From the IMG/VR virus record IMGVR_UViG_3300025466_001444: a stretch of 15,105 bases of DNA. One strand, 5' to 3'. Under the pieces are notes generated by a model. That model had not been told where the DNA came from and searched no databases. It saw only the letters and a program-made list of their open reading frames with translations. Each line of letters opens with the position of its first letter. Positions within the stretch are counted from its first letter, which is position 1. This DNA is from a virus. Taxonomy: Duplodnaviria > Heunggongvirae > Uroviricota > Caudoviricetes. The position numbers and the translations under genes were made by a program. Of the stretch, positions 1 to 8,448 are shown piece after piece.

Positions 1-107
1 TCTAATAAACCATTGTCTTCCATTCTCTTATAATTTTCTAGTAAATAAGATGACCATGCACCATTATCTTCTGTCAAATACATATGATAATAGGCATATT
101 TTTTCAC
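1..107 (-). CDS. Hypothetical protein, N-terminal part only (runs off the window's left edge)
   Basis: GTG at 105-107 overlaps the TGA of the upstream gene (GTGA). The frame is open to position 1: MKKYAYYHMYLTEDNGAWSSYLLENYKRMEDNGLL. Not in the supplied ORF track. Confidence 0.5.
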   Translation of the reverse strand, partial: MKKYAYYHMYLTEDNGAWSSYLLENYKRMEDNGLL

Positions 108-1378
108 TCTTTGATCTCCACACGGGGGAAATAAGTAATAAACTTATCATATCTGTGGTCTTCTTCATTCCTACGTTCCTTGATCTTCTTACGAATTTCA
201 TCAAAGAAATTCCATGCAAGTGGAACAAACATAGTTGTACCAAGCTTATCGATATGATCTGCAGATACAATCGGAATAGAAGTGCCGGGTGTAAATCGAC
301 CTTGCTTAAGAGGATTATCATCAACAATAAAATCAAGATTAATTTTAGAATAATTAAGAAGAGTCATTCCCTTTGCTGCAGCGCCATATCCAACAACATT
401 CCAACCAATCATATTTTGACGAACAAAATCAGTTTCATACTTAAGTTGCTTTACGATTTCATTGGCTCGTTTTGCATATCTCTCATATGTTCCTTCATCA
501 TATACACCAGCTTTTTCCTCAATACCAATCAGCTGCTCAATCTTGGTTTCCATGAAAGGAAAACGAATGACAGGATTTTTTGAAATAACAAATACAAAGC
601 TAGTACCATGAATAGGCATATATTGAACATCAACAAGAGTAAGACCAGCCCTTTTACACAATTCATTCATAGACTTTACATTAAAAAATGAAATATGCTC
701 GTGATAGATAGTATCAAATTCGTTATTACGAATCATAAATGCCTGTGAAGTTTGAATAAACAAAAGAGTATCATCATTCATAATTTTCTTTGCAGTTTGT
801 AAAAATCCTAGAGGATCAGGACCATGTGCAAAAACATTCTGGGCAGAAATGATATCAAAAGTTAAAGAATTGCCTACTCTATCGACAAGTTCTTCCTTGA
901 TAAAATTATTATTAAAATAATCACACCATACTTCATGATTCTTATAAGTGAGTGAAAAAAGATTTTGAGCAGGGTCAACACCAAAAGTTGTATGCCCCAA
1001 TTTCTTAAAATAATCTAACTGCGTCCCATCATTACACCCAATATCAAATACCTTCTTAGGTTGGCCCTGTGAATCGGTATAATTTGAATGAGTGGTCGAT
1101 GCATATTGAGCAAAATGATCACAATGACTATGCATTGTAGTAGAAGTACCACTAACATAAAGATAATCATCAAACATAAGATGAGGATCAACAGAATGAG
1201 TTAACTGAATATGATAGCAATCGGTACAACGATTAATAGCAAGAGGATATTCTTCTTGAACATCATCCTTATTCAACTTATAAGAATTAGCAAGGGGTTG
1301 AGTATTAAGATCGAGAGTCAATTTTAAATTGTGCGATCCACAAGCAACACATGAAGTAAGTTCTGTGCAATTTTCCAT
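104..1378 (-). CDS. Class I SAM-dependent NDP-sugar C-methyltransferase (TylCIII/EryBIII/NovU-like architecture)
   Basis: N-terminal Zn site CVACG...CTDC, SAM motif FDIGCNDG, YHEH motif, C-terminal GYGAAAKG and VDDNPLKQG...PG motifs typical of the C-methyltransferase C-terminal domain. Confidence 0.9.
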   Translation of the reverse strand: MENCTELTSCVACGSHNLKLTLDLNTQPLANSYKLNKDDVQEEYPLAINRCTDCYHIQLTHSVDPHLMFDDYLYVSGTSTTMHSHCDHFAQYASTTHSNYTDSQGQPKKVFDIGCNDGTQLDYFKKLGHTTFGVDPAQNLFSLTYKNHEVWCDYFNNNFIKEELVDRVGNSLTFDIISAQNVFAHGPDPLGFLQTAKKIMNDDTLLFIQTSQAFMIRNNEFDTIYHEHISFFNVKSMNELCKRAGLTLVDVQYMPIHGTSFVFVISKNPVIRFPFMETKIEQLIGIEEKAGVYDEGTYERYAKRANEIVKQLKYETDFVRQNMIGWNVVGYGAAAKGMTLLNYSKINLDFIVDDNPLKQGRFTPGTSIPIVSADHIDKLGTTMFVPLAWNFFDEIRKKIKERRNEEDHRYDKFITYFPRVEIKE

Positions 1379-1392
1379 ATTATATTTCCTTA

Positions 1393-2049
1393 TTATTTGC
1401 TAAATACACATTTCATTTCGACAAGAGGTGTTTTTTCGAATACGACCATACTATCATAGTAAGAAATAGAAGACAATCCTTTTGAAAGATTTGCCTTATC
1501 TTTTATTTGCCCATGTCCATTACGCATAAATTCGTAATGAAGAACATCTACAAAATTCTTACTATATTCAATAAAAGATGCCATGTTCTTATATCCACCA
1601 GAATAATCATCCCAATAGCTAGTATGAGTATCTTCACAAATATAAACGCCATTAGAATTTATTATAGGAAAAACTTTTTCAAAAGTTACAATTTGCTGTT
1701 TCATATGATGGCCACCATCTTCAACCATAATATCAACAGGACCAATTTCTAAAAGTGTCTTATCCCAAAATTCTTCTGATGCTTGATCACCAATAATAAT
1801 CTTTACGTTTGGATTATCATATACTAGATCAGAACATTTAGGATCAACATCAATACCATATATCTTACTTTCTGGACCAAAATAACGAGACCACATTTCA
1901 AGTGATCCGCCATTTTGTACGCCAACTTCAATAAATGTGATATTTTTTCCTTTAAACTTTTCGAAGTGGCGATCATAGACATCAAAATACCTATCCCACT
2001 TATCAGATATCTTTGGAATGGTATAAAATATTTCTCTGAGTGTACTCAT
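1393..2049 (-). CDS. Class I SAM-dependent methyltransferase, probable sugar O-methyltransferase (MycE/ElmM-like motifs)
   Basis: EVGVQNGGSL SAM motif, YGIDVD, IIGDQ, EDGGH and YICEDTHTSYW motifs; SD AAGGAA upstream. Confidence 0.85.
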   Translation of the reverse strand: MSTLREIFYTIPKISDKWDRYFDVYDRHFEKFKGKNITFIEVGVQNGGSLEMWSRYFGPESKIYGIDVDPKCSDLVYDNPNVKIIIGDQASEEFWDKTLLEIGPVDIMVEDGGHHMKQQIVTFEKVFPIINSNGVYICEDTHTSYWDDYSGGYKNMASFIEYSKNFVDVLHYEFMRNGHGQIKDKANLSKGLSSISYYDSMVVFEKTPLVEMKCVFSK

Positions 2050-3086
2050 AGTTCAATCCATTCTTTATTAGCAAGAGACCAATCAACAACTTCTTGAATG
2101 CGTTCCTTTAGAGTTAGACGAGGTTCCCAACCAAGCATACGCATAAAATCACCATCCAATGCATAACGAAGATCATGACCGGGGCGTGATGTATGAAAAT
2201 CGACCATTTCATGATTGAATTTCTTACCTTGTGCATCCGCAATATATGTTGCAAGCTGAAGATTATCAATTTCTTCCTTACCAACGACATTAAACTTGGG
2301 GCACTTTGCATTTCCATAATCTGGAATATTAATCAAAGTTTTCTGTTGCTCATTCAAATGCAGAAGGAAATACATTGCTTCTGCAACATCCTTAGCATGA
2401 ATATAATAACGAGAACCGGGAATAGTCTTAGAAGAATCTGAATGAATAGTAAGAGTCTCACCATTACGAATCTTACGAATACACATAGGAATAAACTTTT
2501 CTGGATGCTGACGTTCACCAAAAACATTCATTGTATGAGTGATAAAGATAGGAAGATTATATGTGTTTTCATAAGCAACACAAAATTCTTCTGCAGCTGC
2601 CTTAGAAGCAGAATAAGGATTTGTTGAATTGTATCTATCACGTTCTCTATACGAAACGCCGGGAGGAGCAACACCAAAAATCTCATCTGTACTAAAATAA
2701 ATGAAACGTTCCAGATTCTTTAGTGTTCTAGCAAAGTTAAGAATATTAACTGTGCCGACAGTATTATCCATAACAAATTCCATAGGATGTGTAATAGAAC
2801 GGTCAACATGACTACTAGCAGCAAGATGCAAAATTACATTAACATCACCAATAAAATTATTATTAATTTCCGTAATTTCTGCCTTAAGATCATGCCATAC
2901 AATCTTAACTCTCTTACGAGTTTCAGGATCATATTGAGATACAACATTATGTAACCGATTCAGATTGCCAGAGTAATCTAGACGATCCAAAGTAACAATT
3001 TCCCAATCAGTCTTCTTAAGGAAAAGATCAATAATATGATGACCGATAAATCCAGCACCACCAGTAATAAGAACACGTTTTGTCAT
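2046..3086 (-). CDS. rfbB: NAD-dependent NDP-glucose 4,6-dehydratase (RmlB/RfbB-like extended SDR)
   Basis: TGGAGFIG Rossmann motif, LAASSHVDRS, STDE, YSASK (YxxxK), RPGHDLRYALD; SD GGAG upstream. Confidence 0.85.
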   Translation of the reverse strand: MTKRVLITGGAGFIGHHIIDLFLKKTDWEIVTLDRLDYSGNLNRLHNVVSQYDPETRKRVKIVWHDLKAEITEINNNFIGDVNVILHLAASSHVDRSITHPMEFVMDNTVGTVNILNFARTLKNLERFIYFSTDEIFGVAPPGVSYRERDRYNSTNPYSASKAAAEEFCVAYENTYNLPIFITHTMNVFGERQHPEKFIPMCIRKIRNGETLTIHSDSSKTIPGSRYYIHAKDVAEAMYFLLHLNEQQKTLINIPDYGNAKCPKFNVVGKEEIDNLQLATYIADAQGKKFNHEMVDFHTSRPGHDLRYALDGDFMRMLGWEPRLTLKERIQEVVDWSLANKEWIEL

Positions 3087-3133
3087 TTTTTCTCCATATC
3101 AAATTTGATTATTTAAACAACTTATCACAGTTA

Positions 3134-3874
3134 TTAATCGTTGTCAACAATTTTCCATGCTCTCAGAACCTTTTGAGAATTGATATAATTACAATCAATA
3201 TCAAACTTTTCCTTCATATACTTTGGATACAATACATCAGTTACATACTCTAATGCCTTGAACCCATCAGCTTTATCATAAGAACTTTCTTCTGGACGCA
3301 TATGTTTTACAGTATTTGTATGAATGACATGTGCTGTAGTTTGAAGAAACTGGCACATAACTCTATCAATACCCCAACATGATTTTTCATACTTATAATC
3401 ATGAAGAAAATCAGTTACTTTCTTAAAAATATCATTTCTAAAAAAAGGACAACCAGATTCAATAAAATCTGTTTCAGTAAAAATATATTCTGGATTATGT
3501 CTCATACATTCATATGTATTATATGAAATAGCGGCTTGATGAAATAGTCTAAAATCATAATGTCTTGCAATAGCAAGAGATTCATTTACTGATTGAATAT
3601 CAGTAGCATAATCATCATCAAAACAACCAATATAATCATAATTTTCTAAATTAATTATATTAGAAACTTCTTCCATAAGATTCCACTTTAGCCCCTTACG
3701 ACGAATAATAAAATCATAAGTTCCTACTTCTGGTTGATAATCATTAAATACAACAACACATGTATCATACGTCCTTTGAGATTTCGTATATCTCCAATGA
3801 TTATCCCTATCATAGGCATCATCAAAAAACATGTCAGTTCCTGTAGGCGTAATAATTAATGCTTTCTTTTCCAT
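3134..3874 (-). CDS. Glycosyltransferase-like protein (DUF707/GT-A-like)
   Basis: GLKW, YDYIGCFDDD (DxD), FIESGCPFF and WGID motifs. Start moved from ORF-track 3946 to ATG at 3874 (MEKKALII), which has GGAG 9 nt upstream and avoids overlap with the upstream gene. Confidence 0.65.
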   Translation of the reverse strand: MEKKALIITPTGTDMFFDDAYDRDNHWRYTKSQRTYDTCVVVFNDYQPEVGTYDFIIRRKGLKWNLMEEVSNIINLENYDYIGCFDDDYATDIQSVNESLAIARHYDFRLFHQAAISYNTYECMRHNPEYIFTETDFIESGCPFFRNDIFKKVTDFLHDYKYEKSCWGIDRVMCQFLQTTAHVIHTNTVKHMRPEESSYDKADGFKALEYVTDVLYPKYMKEKFDIDCNYINSQKVLRAWKIVDND

Positions 3875-3875
3875 A

Positions 3876-4751
3876 TTAAATGACTCCATACATTTTTTCA
3901 ATATATTCTTTCCACTGACCATAATCTTGAACAACACCATTTCCAAGATTTACTGATCTAATGTATTGATGAACAATACACATAGTTTCTCCAAATTCAT
4001 TATAAACATAACTTCCATCAAACTTTGGTTCACCTTCAAGAAGATTTGGTCTAAACATGGTAATCTTACGTTCATCAGCAACTGTACCAAGATTAGCAGC
4101 CCACCCATCTTTCATCTGTGAAAAGAAAGTAGAATCTTCATATATCTTATTATCAATGAGTTGATTGAAAACAGCTTGATCACATATCTTAATGGGTTTA
4201 CCAGAAGAATGCAATGCAATATTAAAACATAAATCCCTAATATATTCACCTTCTCCAGCAAGGACACCAACATTATATATTGTGTTTGTTTTCAATATAT
4301 TATGAACATATGGTCCAAATGTTTCAAGGAGATTATTGTTTCCCCAACCTTCATCCATATACTTTAGACACTCAGAAGCAACAACAATTTTTTTATCACC
4401 AAGATTTTTTTCTAACCATTTCACAGGGTTATATTGAAAAACAACATCACGAACATCTGTTGTAATAACATAACGAGCAGGATAGTTTCTAATATAATCA
4501 GAGATAGCAAGAAATCTTTGTACATGTATTGAGCCGCTATTAACATTATTTGATAACTCAGCATTAAAAACATCAAACCCTGTATCGACTACTTGCTTCA
4601 TAAATTCATGATCAGCAGTTTTATTTCCACTATTGAAGACAACCAAAACTTTGTCGCCTTCAAATCCACTCATGTTAATTGAATTTATCCAACCTTTTAC
4701 TTTATCAAATGTATATCCACAACATCCACCAATAATTAAATCACGCATCAT
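3876..4751 (-). CDS. Putative GT-A-fold glycosyltransferase
   Basis: YVITTDVRDVVFQ (DxxD), NVGVLAG and DQAVFN motifs; 4-nt ATGA overlap with the upstream gene; cluster context. Confidence 0.6.
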   Translation of the reverse strand: MMRDLIIGGCCGYTFDKVKGWINSINMSGFEGDKVLVVFNSGNKTADHEFMKQVVDTGFDVFNAELSNNVNSGSIHVQRFLAISDYIRNYPARYVITTDVRDVVFQYNPVKWLEKNLGDKKIVVASECLKYMDEGWGNNNLLETFGPYVHNILKTNTIYNVGVLAGEGEYIRDLCFNIALHSSGKPIKICDQAVFNQLIDNKIYEDSTFFSQMKDGWAANLGTVADERKITMFRPNLLEGEPKFDGSYVYNEFGETMCIVHQYIRSVNLGNGVVQDYGQWKEYIEKMYGVI

Positions 4752-5458
4752 AAAAATCCTGTACGATAAGAGTTGTCACTTATGAGTTTATTTATTATAG
4801 CTGGCATATCCCTATTATATACAATTCCTTCTGCATTCATCATATCAATAGCTTCTGGGATAGTAGAAGTTGTTGTTGCATAAGGTGTATGATGAAGAAG
4901 ATTTGTGATAAGATAATTTTGATTCATCATATAATATTGAGTATCATAAACAAAATTATCACCCCAACAAATATCTAAACCATCAATAACAGGAATCCAA
5001 TTGTTCCTATGAAGAAACATAAGCATTCCAAAACCAAGATGCTGACGAAAATGATAAGGCATCGGGCTATGAATAATACTAATTTCTCCAGTAGTAATTG
5101 GTATTTGTGGCGTATCTTTCACACCGGGACTTATACCATAAACTCCACGTTCTGGAGAAATGTGTGGATAAATTCTGTGAAATAACTTAAGATCAAAGAT
5201 AAGATCATCACCATACAAACAAATTTTATCATACTTTACTTGTGGTACTGCAAAATTCCATGCAGGATTTACGTAAATGTTTTTACCAAAAGTACGAATA
5301 GTGATATTAGGATGATTAAGAACTTCAATTTTTGGTCTTTCAGATGGATTGTTATCGATAATAAAAATTTCTCCGACATATGGACTAGATAACATATCGG
5401 ATAAAAATGTATAGAATGGCTTATACCGCCACATTGTAGGAACAATTATACTGATCAT
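4748..5458 (-). CDS. Glycosyltransferase family 2-like protein
   Basis: MISIIVPT, FIIDN, NPAWNFAV and GDD motifs typical of the GT2 N-terminal domain. Confidence 0.75.
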   Translation of the reverse strand: MISIIVPTMWRYKPFYTFLSDMLSSPYVGEIFIIDNNPSERPKIEVLNHPNITIRTFGKNIYVNPAWNFAVPQVKYDKICLYGDDLIFDLKLFHRIYPHISPERGVYGISPGVKDTPQIPITTGEISIIHSPMPYHFRQHLGFGMLMFLHRNNWIPVIDGLDICWGDNFVYDTQYYMMNQNYLITNLLHHTPYATTTSTIPEAIDMMNAEGIVYNRDMPAIINKLISDNSYRTGFL

Positions 5459-5468
5459 TTTTCCTCGC

Positions 5469-6173
5469 TTATAGACTAATTAACCCATGACCAAAGAATT
5501 TAGTTTCTTTAGTTCCAAATCTACTATTATTAACTTGATTATAATAATAACCATGCCAGCTCAATTTAGCAAAATACATTTTATTATTGCCAACAGCAAA
5601 TGGGATGAGTGTTGGATATGTAAGCATATACTTACAAACACCTTCAACAACACTCATCCACCAGTGATTAGTAATATCATCAATAATAACAATACCTTCA
5701 TTATGAATAAGTTCGCTGGCAATCTTCAAATCATTGATTGTGTGTTCAACGCTATGACCACCATCAACAGACATAAACCTAAGTGAACCAGAAGGAATAT
5801 TCTTACGCATAACATCTTTAGGATCAGTAGAATCTTCTTCAAGAAGAACAATATTGTTTCCTCTATGTCGATCATAGCTTATGATATTCTGAGCAAAAAT
5901 ATCTTTCTTGCCTTGACCAGACTGATCAATATTTAAATGTTGAAAATCAAATACATCTACTGCATATGACTTATATTGTTCTTCAATTGTTTGATTGAGG
6001 AGAAGAAATAGTTTGCCATGATGAATGCCAATTTCACATGCACCACCAATTTTATTAAGAGATAGACTATCAAGAAAATCTACAAACTCTGCTACTCTAG
6101 GATGACACCATCCTTCAACATCATCAAATCCATTATTAATATAATTTTCAATATACTTATTATTAAATGACAT
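5469..6173 (-). CDS. Class I SAM-dependent methyltransferase (Methyltransf_24-like)
   Basis: EIGIHHGK, VDGGHS and IIDD motifs. Start placed at ATG 6173 (MSFNN) because of GAGG 6 nt upstream. Confidence 0.8.
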   Translation of the reverse strand: MSFNNKYIENYINNGFDDVEGWCHPRVAEFVDFLDSLSLNKIGGACEIGIHHGKLFLLLNQTIEEQYKSYAVDVFDFQHLNIDQSGQGKKDIFAQNIISYDRHRGNNIVLLEEDSTDPKDVMRKNIPSGSLRFMSVDGGHSVEHTINDLKIASELIHNEGIVIIDDITNHWWMSVVEGVCKYMLTYPTLIPFAVGNNKMYFAKLSWHGYYYNQVNNSRFGTKETKFFGHGLISL

Positions 6174-6203
6174 TTTACACCTCACAGTATCATATTTTAT
6201 ATA

Positions 6204-6278
6204 TGGTAGTCCGTGACAGGATTGAACTGCCGACCTTTCCCGTGTAAAGGGACTGCGCTACCGCTGCGCCAACGGACC
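6204..6278 (-). tRNA. trnV: tRNA-Val(UAC)
   Basis: GGTCCGT/ACGGACT acceptor stem, loop TT-TAC-AC, T-arm GGCAG-TTCAATC-CTGTC, encoded CCA. Confidence 0.92.
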
Positions 6279-6286
6279 TTATTTTT

Positions 6287-6361
6287 TGGTAGAGCATAGC
6301 GGAGTCGAACCGCTCTCAAAGGAATGAAAATCCTGTATCCTAACCGATAGACGAATGCTCC
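6287..6361 (-). tRNA. trnE: tRNA-Glu(UUC)
   Basis: GGAGCAT/ATGCTCT acceptor stem, loop TT-TTC-AT, T-loop TTCGACT, encoded CCA. Confidence 0.92.
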
Positions 6362-6367
6362 AAAATA

Positions 6368-6508
6368 TTAAACTTTCTTTTTACTTCCACGACTATGAGA
6401 AAACCCAGAAGCTTTCCAACCACTAGATGATTTACTGTAAGTAGTAGTCGAACCAGATTTATTTTTAACAACTTTAGTAGTTTTATTCTTAACAATTGTT
6501 TTAGCCAT
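6368..6508 (-). CDS. Small highly basic protein (46 aa)
   Basis: ATG 6506-6508 with GGAG about 8 nt upstream; MAKTIVKNKTTKVVKNKSGSTTTYSKSSSGWKASGFSHSRGSKKKV; fills the gap between 6510 and tRNA-Glu. Below the ORF-track size cutoff. Confidence 0.65.
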   Translation of the reverse strand: MAKTIVKNKTTKVVKNKSGSTTTYSKSSSGWKASGFSHSRGSKKKV

Positions 6509-6509
6509 A

Positions 6510-7157
6510 TCATTCATCTCCGATAAGCCTATCTACAAATTCTAACAACAGTCGGTGATGTTCACCATCATGCCAGTATTTATGTATATACTGATAAGGC
6601 TTATCATACCAAAACTCTTCACTTTCTGGATGACAACCAATCAATCCTATATTACCTTGAATGATTGCCATTGGCAACCCGTCTGCATATTTAGCAACAG
6701 TTTTATACTTACCATCACCAACATATGTACACCCATCATAAAAGAACATATGATAGGGAAGATCATCCCAAAACACAAATGCTACAGTACCATATGATCT
6801 TTTAACAATAGCAGTTGGTTGTTTAATATATTGTACTGCGTCTACGTTGTCAAGTATGTCAAAATATCTAGAGCCAGCCCAATAAGCACCCATGCAAATG
6901 CCGATATACCTACCACCTCTAGCAAGAAACGCTGCGATTTTGTTAGCTTTAGTACGTGTAAAGAAATCGTGATAGCTGTCACTATCACCAATACCACCGG
7001 GGAAGCATACTGCAACAACGTCATTTAACACCTCGTCTAGATCATCATCAACAGTAAATAACTTTATTTCATAATTATAAGATAATGATTTAGTAATACC
7101 ATTACAGCATTGTTTAGAACACTCAGGATGATTTTGAAATAAAGCAATTTTTTTCAT
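6510..7157 (-). CDS. Class I glutamine amidotransferase-like protein (BPL_N-like)
   Basis: FPGG, GGRYIGICMGAY nucleophile elbow and CHPE His-x-Glu: intact Cys-His-Glu triad. Confidence 0.8.
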   Translation of the reverse strand: MKKIALFQNHPECSKQCCNGITKSLSYNYEIKLFTVDDDLDEVLNDVVAVCFPGGIGDSDSYHDFFTRTKANKIAAFLARGGRYIGICMGAYWAGSRYFDILDNVDAVQYIKQPTAIVKRSYGTVAFVFWDDLPYHMFFYDGCTYVGDGKYKTVAKYADGLPMAIIQGNIGLIGCHPESEEFWYDKPYQYIHKYWHDGEHHRLLLEFVDRLIGDE

Positions 7158-7173
7158 AACAACCTTTTAAAAA

Positions 7174-7260
7174 TGGTGAGTAGGGTAGGATTCGAACCCA
7201 CAACGCTCTTAGAGGCTAGATTTACAGTCTAGTGCAGTCCACCGTCTCTGCAGCCTACTC
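7174..7260 (-). tRNA. trnY: tRNA-Tyr(GUA)
   Basis: GAGTAGG/CCTACTC acceptor stem, CTAGA-CTGTAAA-TCTAG anticodon arm, long variable arm, TTCGAAT T-loop, CCA. Confidence 0.93.
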
Positions 7261-7269
7261 ATTATCTTA

Positions 7270-7298
7270 TCTATAACACAATCAAAAAATTATGTCAA
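7270..7298 (-). promoter_or_regulatory. Sigma70-like promoter upstream of tRNA-Tyr
   Basis: TTGACA (7298-7293), 17-nt spacer, TATAGA (7275-7270) with TG just upstream of the -10. Confidence 0.6.
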
Positions 7299-7306
7299 AT
7301 ATTTTT

Positions 7307-7380
7307 TGGTGCTCTCTGACAGAATCGAACTGCCAATAGATGATTACTAATCAACTGTTATACCATTTAACTAAGAGAGC
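7307..7380 (-). tRNA. trnT: tRNA-Thr(AGU), unusual A34 anticodon
   Basis: GCTCTCT/AGAGAGC acceptor stem (G1-C72, C2-G71), anticodon arm GTTGA-TTAGTAA-TCATC, TTCGATT T-loop, CCA. Confidence 0.88.
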
Positions 7381-7517
7381 CAATCCAATACAAAAGCAAG
7401 AATTGTCAATGCAATAACAGGCATCCAAAAAAGAATAATAATAACCTTAGCTACTTCAAAAGCAGATTCAGCTTTATTAAACATTTTTGTTCTTCTATAC
7501 TCATCATTATATGACAT
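7371..7517 (-). CDS. Small putative membrane protein (48 aa)
   Basis: ATG with AAGGA upstream; MSYNDEYRRTKMFNKAESAFEVAKVIIILFWMPVIALTILAFVLDWLS with one hydrophobic segment. The TAG stop lies inside the 5' end of tRNA-Thr. Confidence 0.6.
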   Translation of the reverse strand: MSYNDEYRRTKMFNKAESAFEVAKVIIILFWMPVIALTILAFVLDWLS

Positions 7518-7534
7518 TTTTTTCCTTAATTTTT

Positions 7535-7611
7535 TGGTGCGCTTGAAGGGACTCGAACCCCCAAAACTCAGTTTCTAAGACTGATACGTATACCAATTCC
7601 GTCACAAACGC
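7535..7611 (-). tRNA. trnL: tRNA-Leu(UAG), short variable loop
   Basis: GCGTTTG/CAAGCGC acceptor stem, TCAGT-CTTAGAA-ACTGA anticodon arm, 5-nt variable region GTTTT, TTCGAGT T-loop, CCA; 77 nt. Confidence 0.9.
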
Positions 7612-7619
7612 ATTTAATT

Positions 7620-8435
7620 CTAAATTATTATCTCATACTTTTCAAAGATAGTCAATACTTCTGGATCAATTGTATTTCTATCTACAGGTAAAAGTACTTT
7701 ACCTTTTCTCTCATATATATCTTTCCCCATAATCATATTATGACGAATATTGTCCAAATCTCTAATTTTTTCATTATTAAATTCTTGATGAGGAGCAATA
7801 ATTATTTTTTGTTGAATTTTTTCTGGTGTTGCCCAAAAACTTAAATGATAACCACCAAATTCTACAAATGGAATTTGATGATCCCATCTATGTTCTCTTA
7901 TCCACTGAGGTGAAACATCTTTCACTGTGTAATTTTTACAAAGAACGGTTCCATAACATGGAGTTTGTTGTACTTGATTGAAATTATAAAAAAACATTCC
8001 TTGTTTAAATCCAATAAAAGGATTATCGGGAGCAAGATGAACTAAAGCAATATCAATAGCACTCTTTAATGGAATTTCATCGACATCACTAATCATAACT
8101 ATATCATCATCATCAAAAAAATTCAAGGCATTTTGTATATAATTTCTTTGAAAATTTTCAACTTTCCAATATCCTGTATCTCTACTAGCCGGATCATCAG
8201 GTTTTAATGTAAAATCATAGTGATCTGGATTAATATGAACAGGATAATAAAATATTTTACTCATATATTTTGTATAACGCTTAATATTATCAAGAAAATT
8301 TAAACGTTTTTTTGTTCCATTATGAGTAATATCAGACTCAATAATGATAAATTTATCAACTTTTGGATATAGATATTCTAATCTACCTTCAAGAATATCA
8401 TATTCATTGGTGAACATAAAGCAATCAAGTATCAT
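7620..8435 (-). CDS. Glycosyltransferase family 17 (beta-1,4-N-acetylglucosaminyltransferase III-like)
   Basis: DCFMFTNEYDILEGRL N-terminus, ENFQRN, SDVDEIP and GGYHLSF motifs characteristic of GT17. Confidence 0.85.
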   Translation of the reverse strand: MILDCFMFTNEYDILEGRLEYLYPKVDKFIIIESDITHNGTKKRLNFLDNIKRYTKYMSKIFYYPVHINPDHYDFTLKPDDPASRDTGYWKVENFQRNYIQNALNFFDDDDIVMISDVDEIPLKSAIDIALVHLAPDNPFIGFKQGMFFYNFNQVQQTPCYGTVLCKNYTVKDVSPQWIREHRWDHQIPFVEFGGYHLSFWATPEKIQQKIIIAPHQEFNNEKIRDLDNIRHNMIMGKDIYERKGKVLLPVDRNTIDPEVLTIFEKYEIII

Positions 8436-8448
8436 AGCAAAAACCTAT

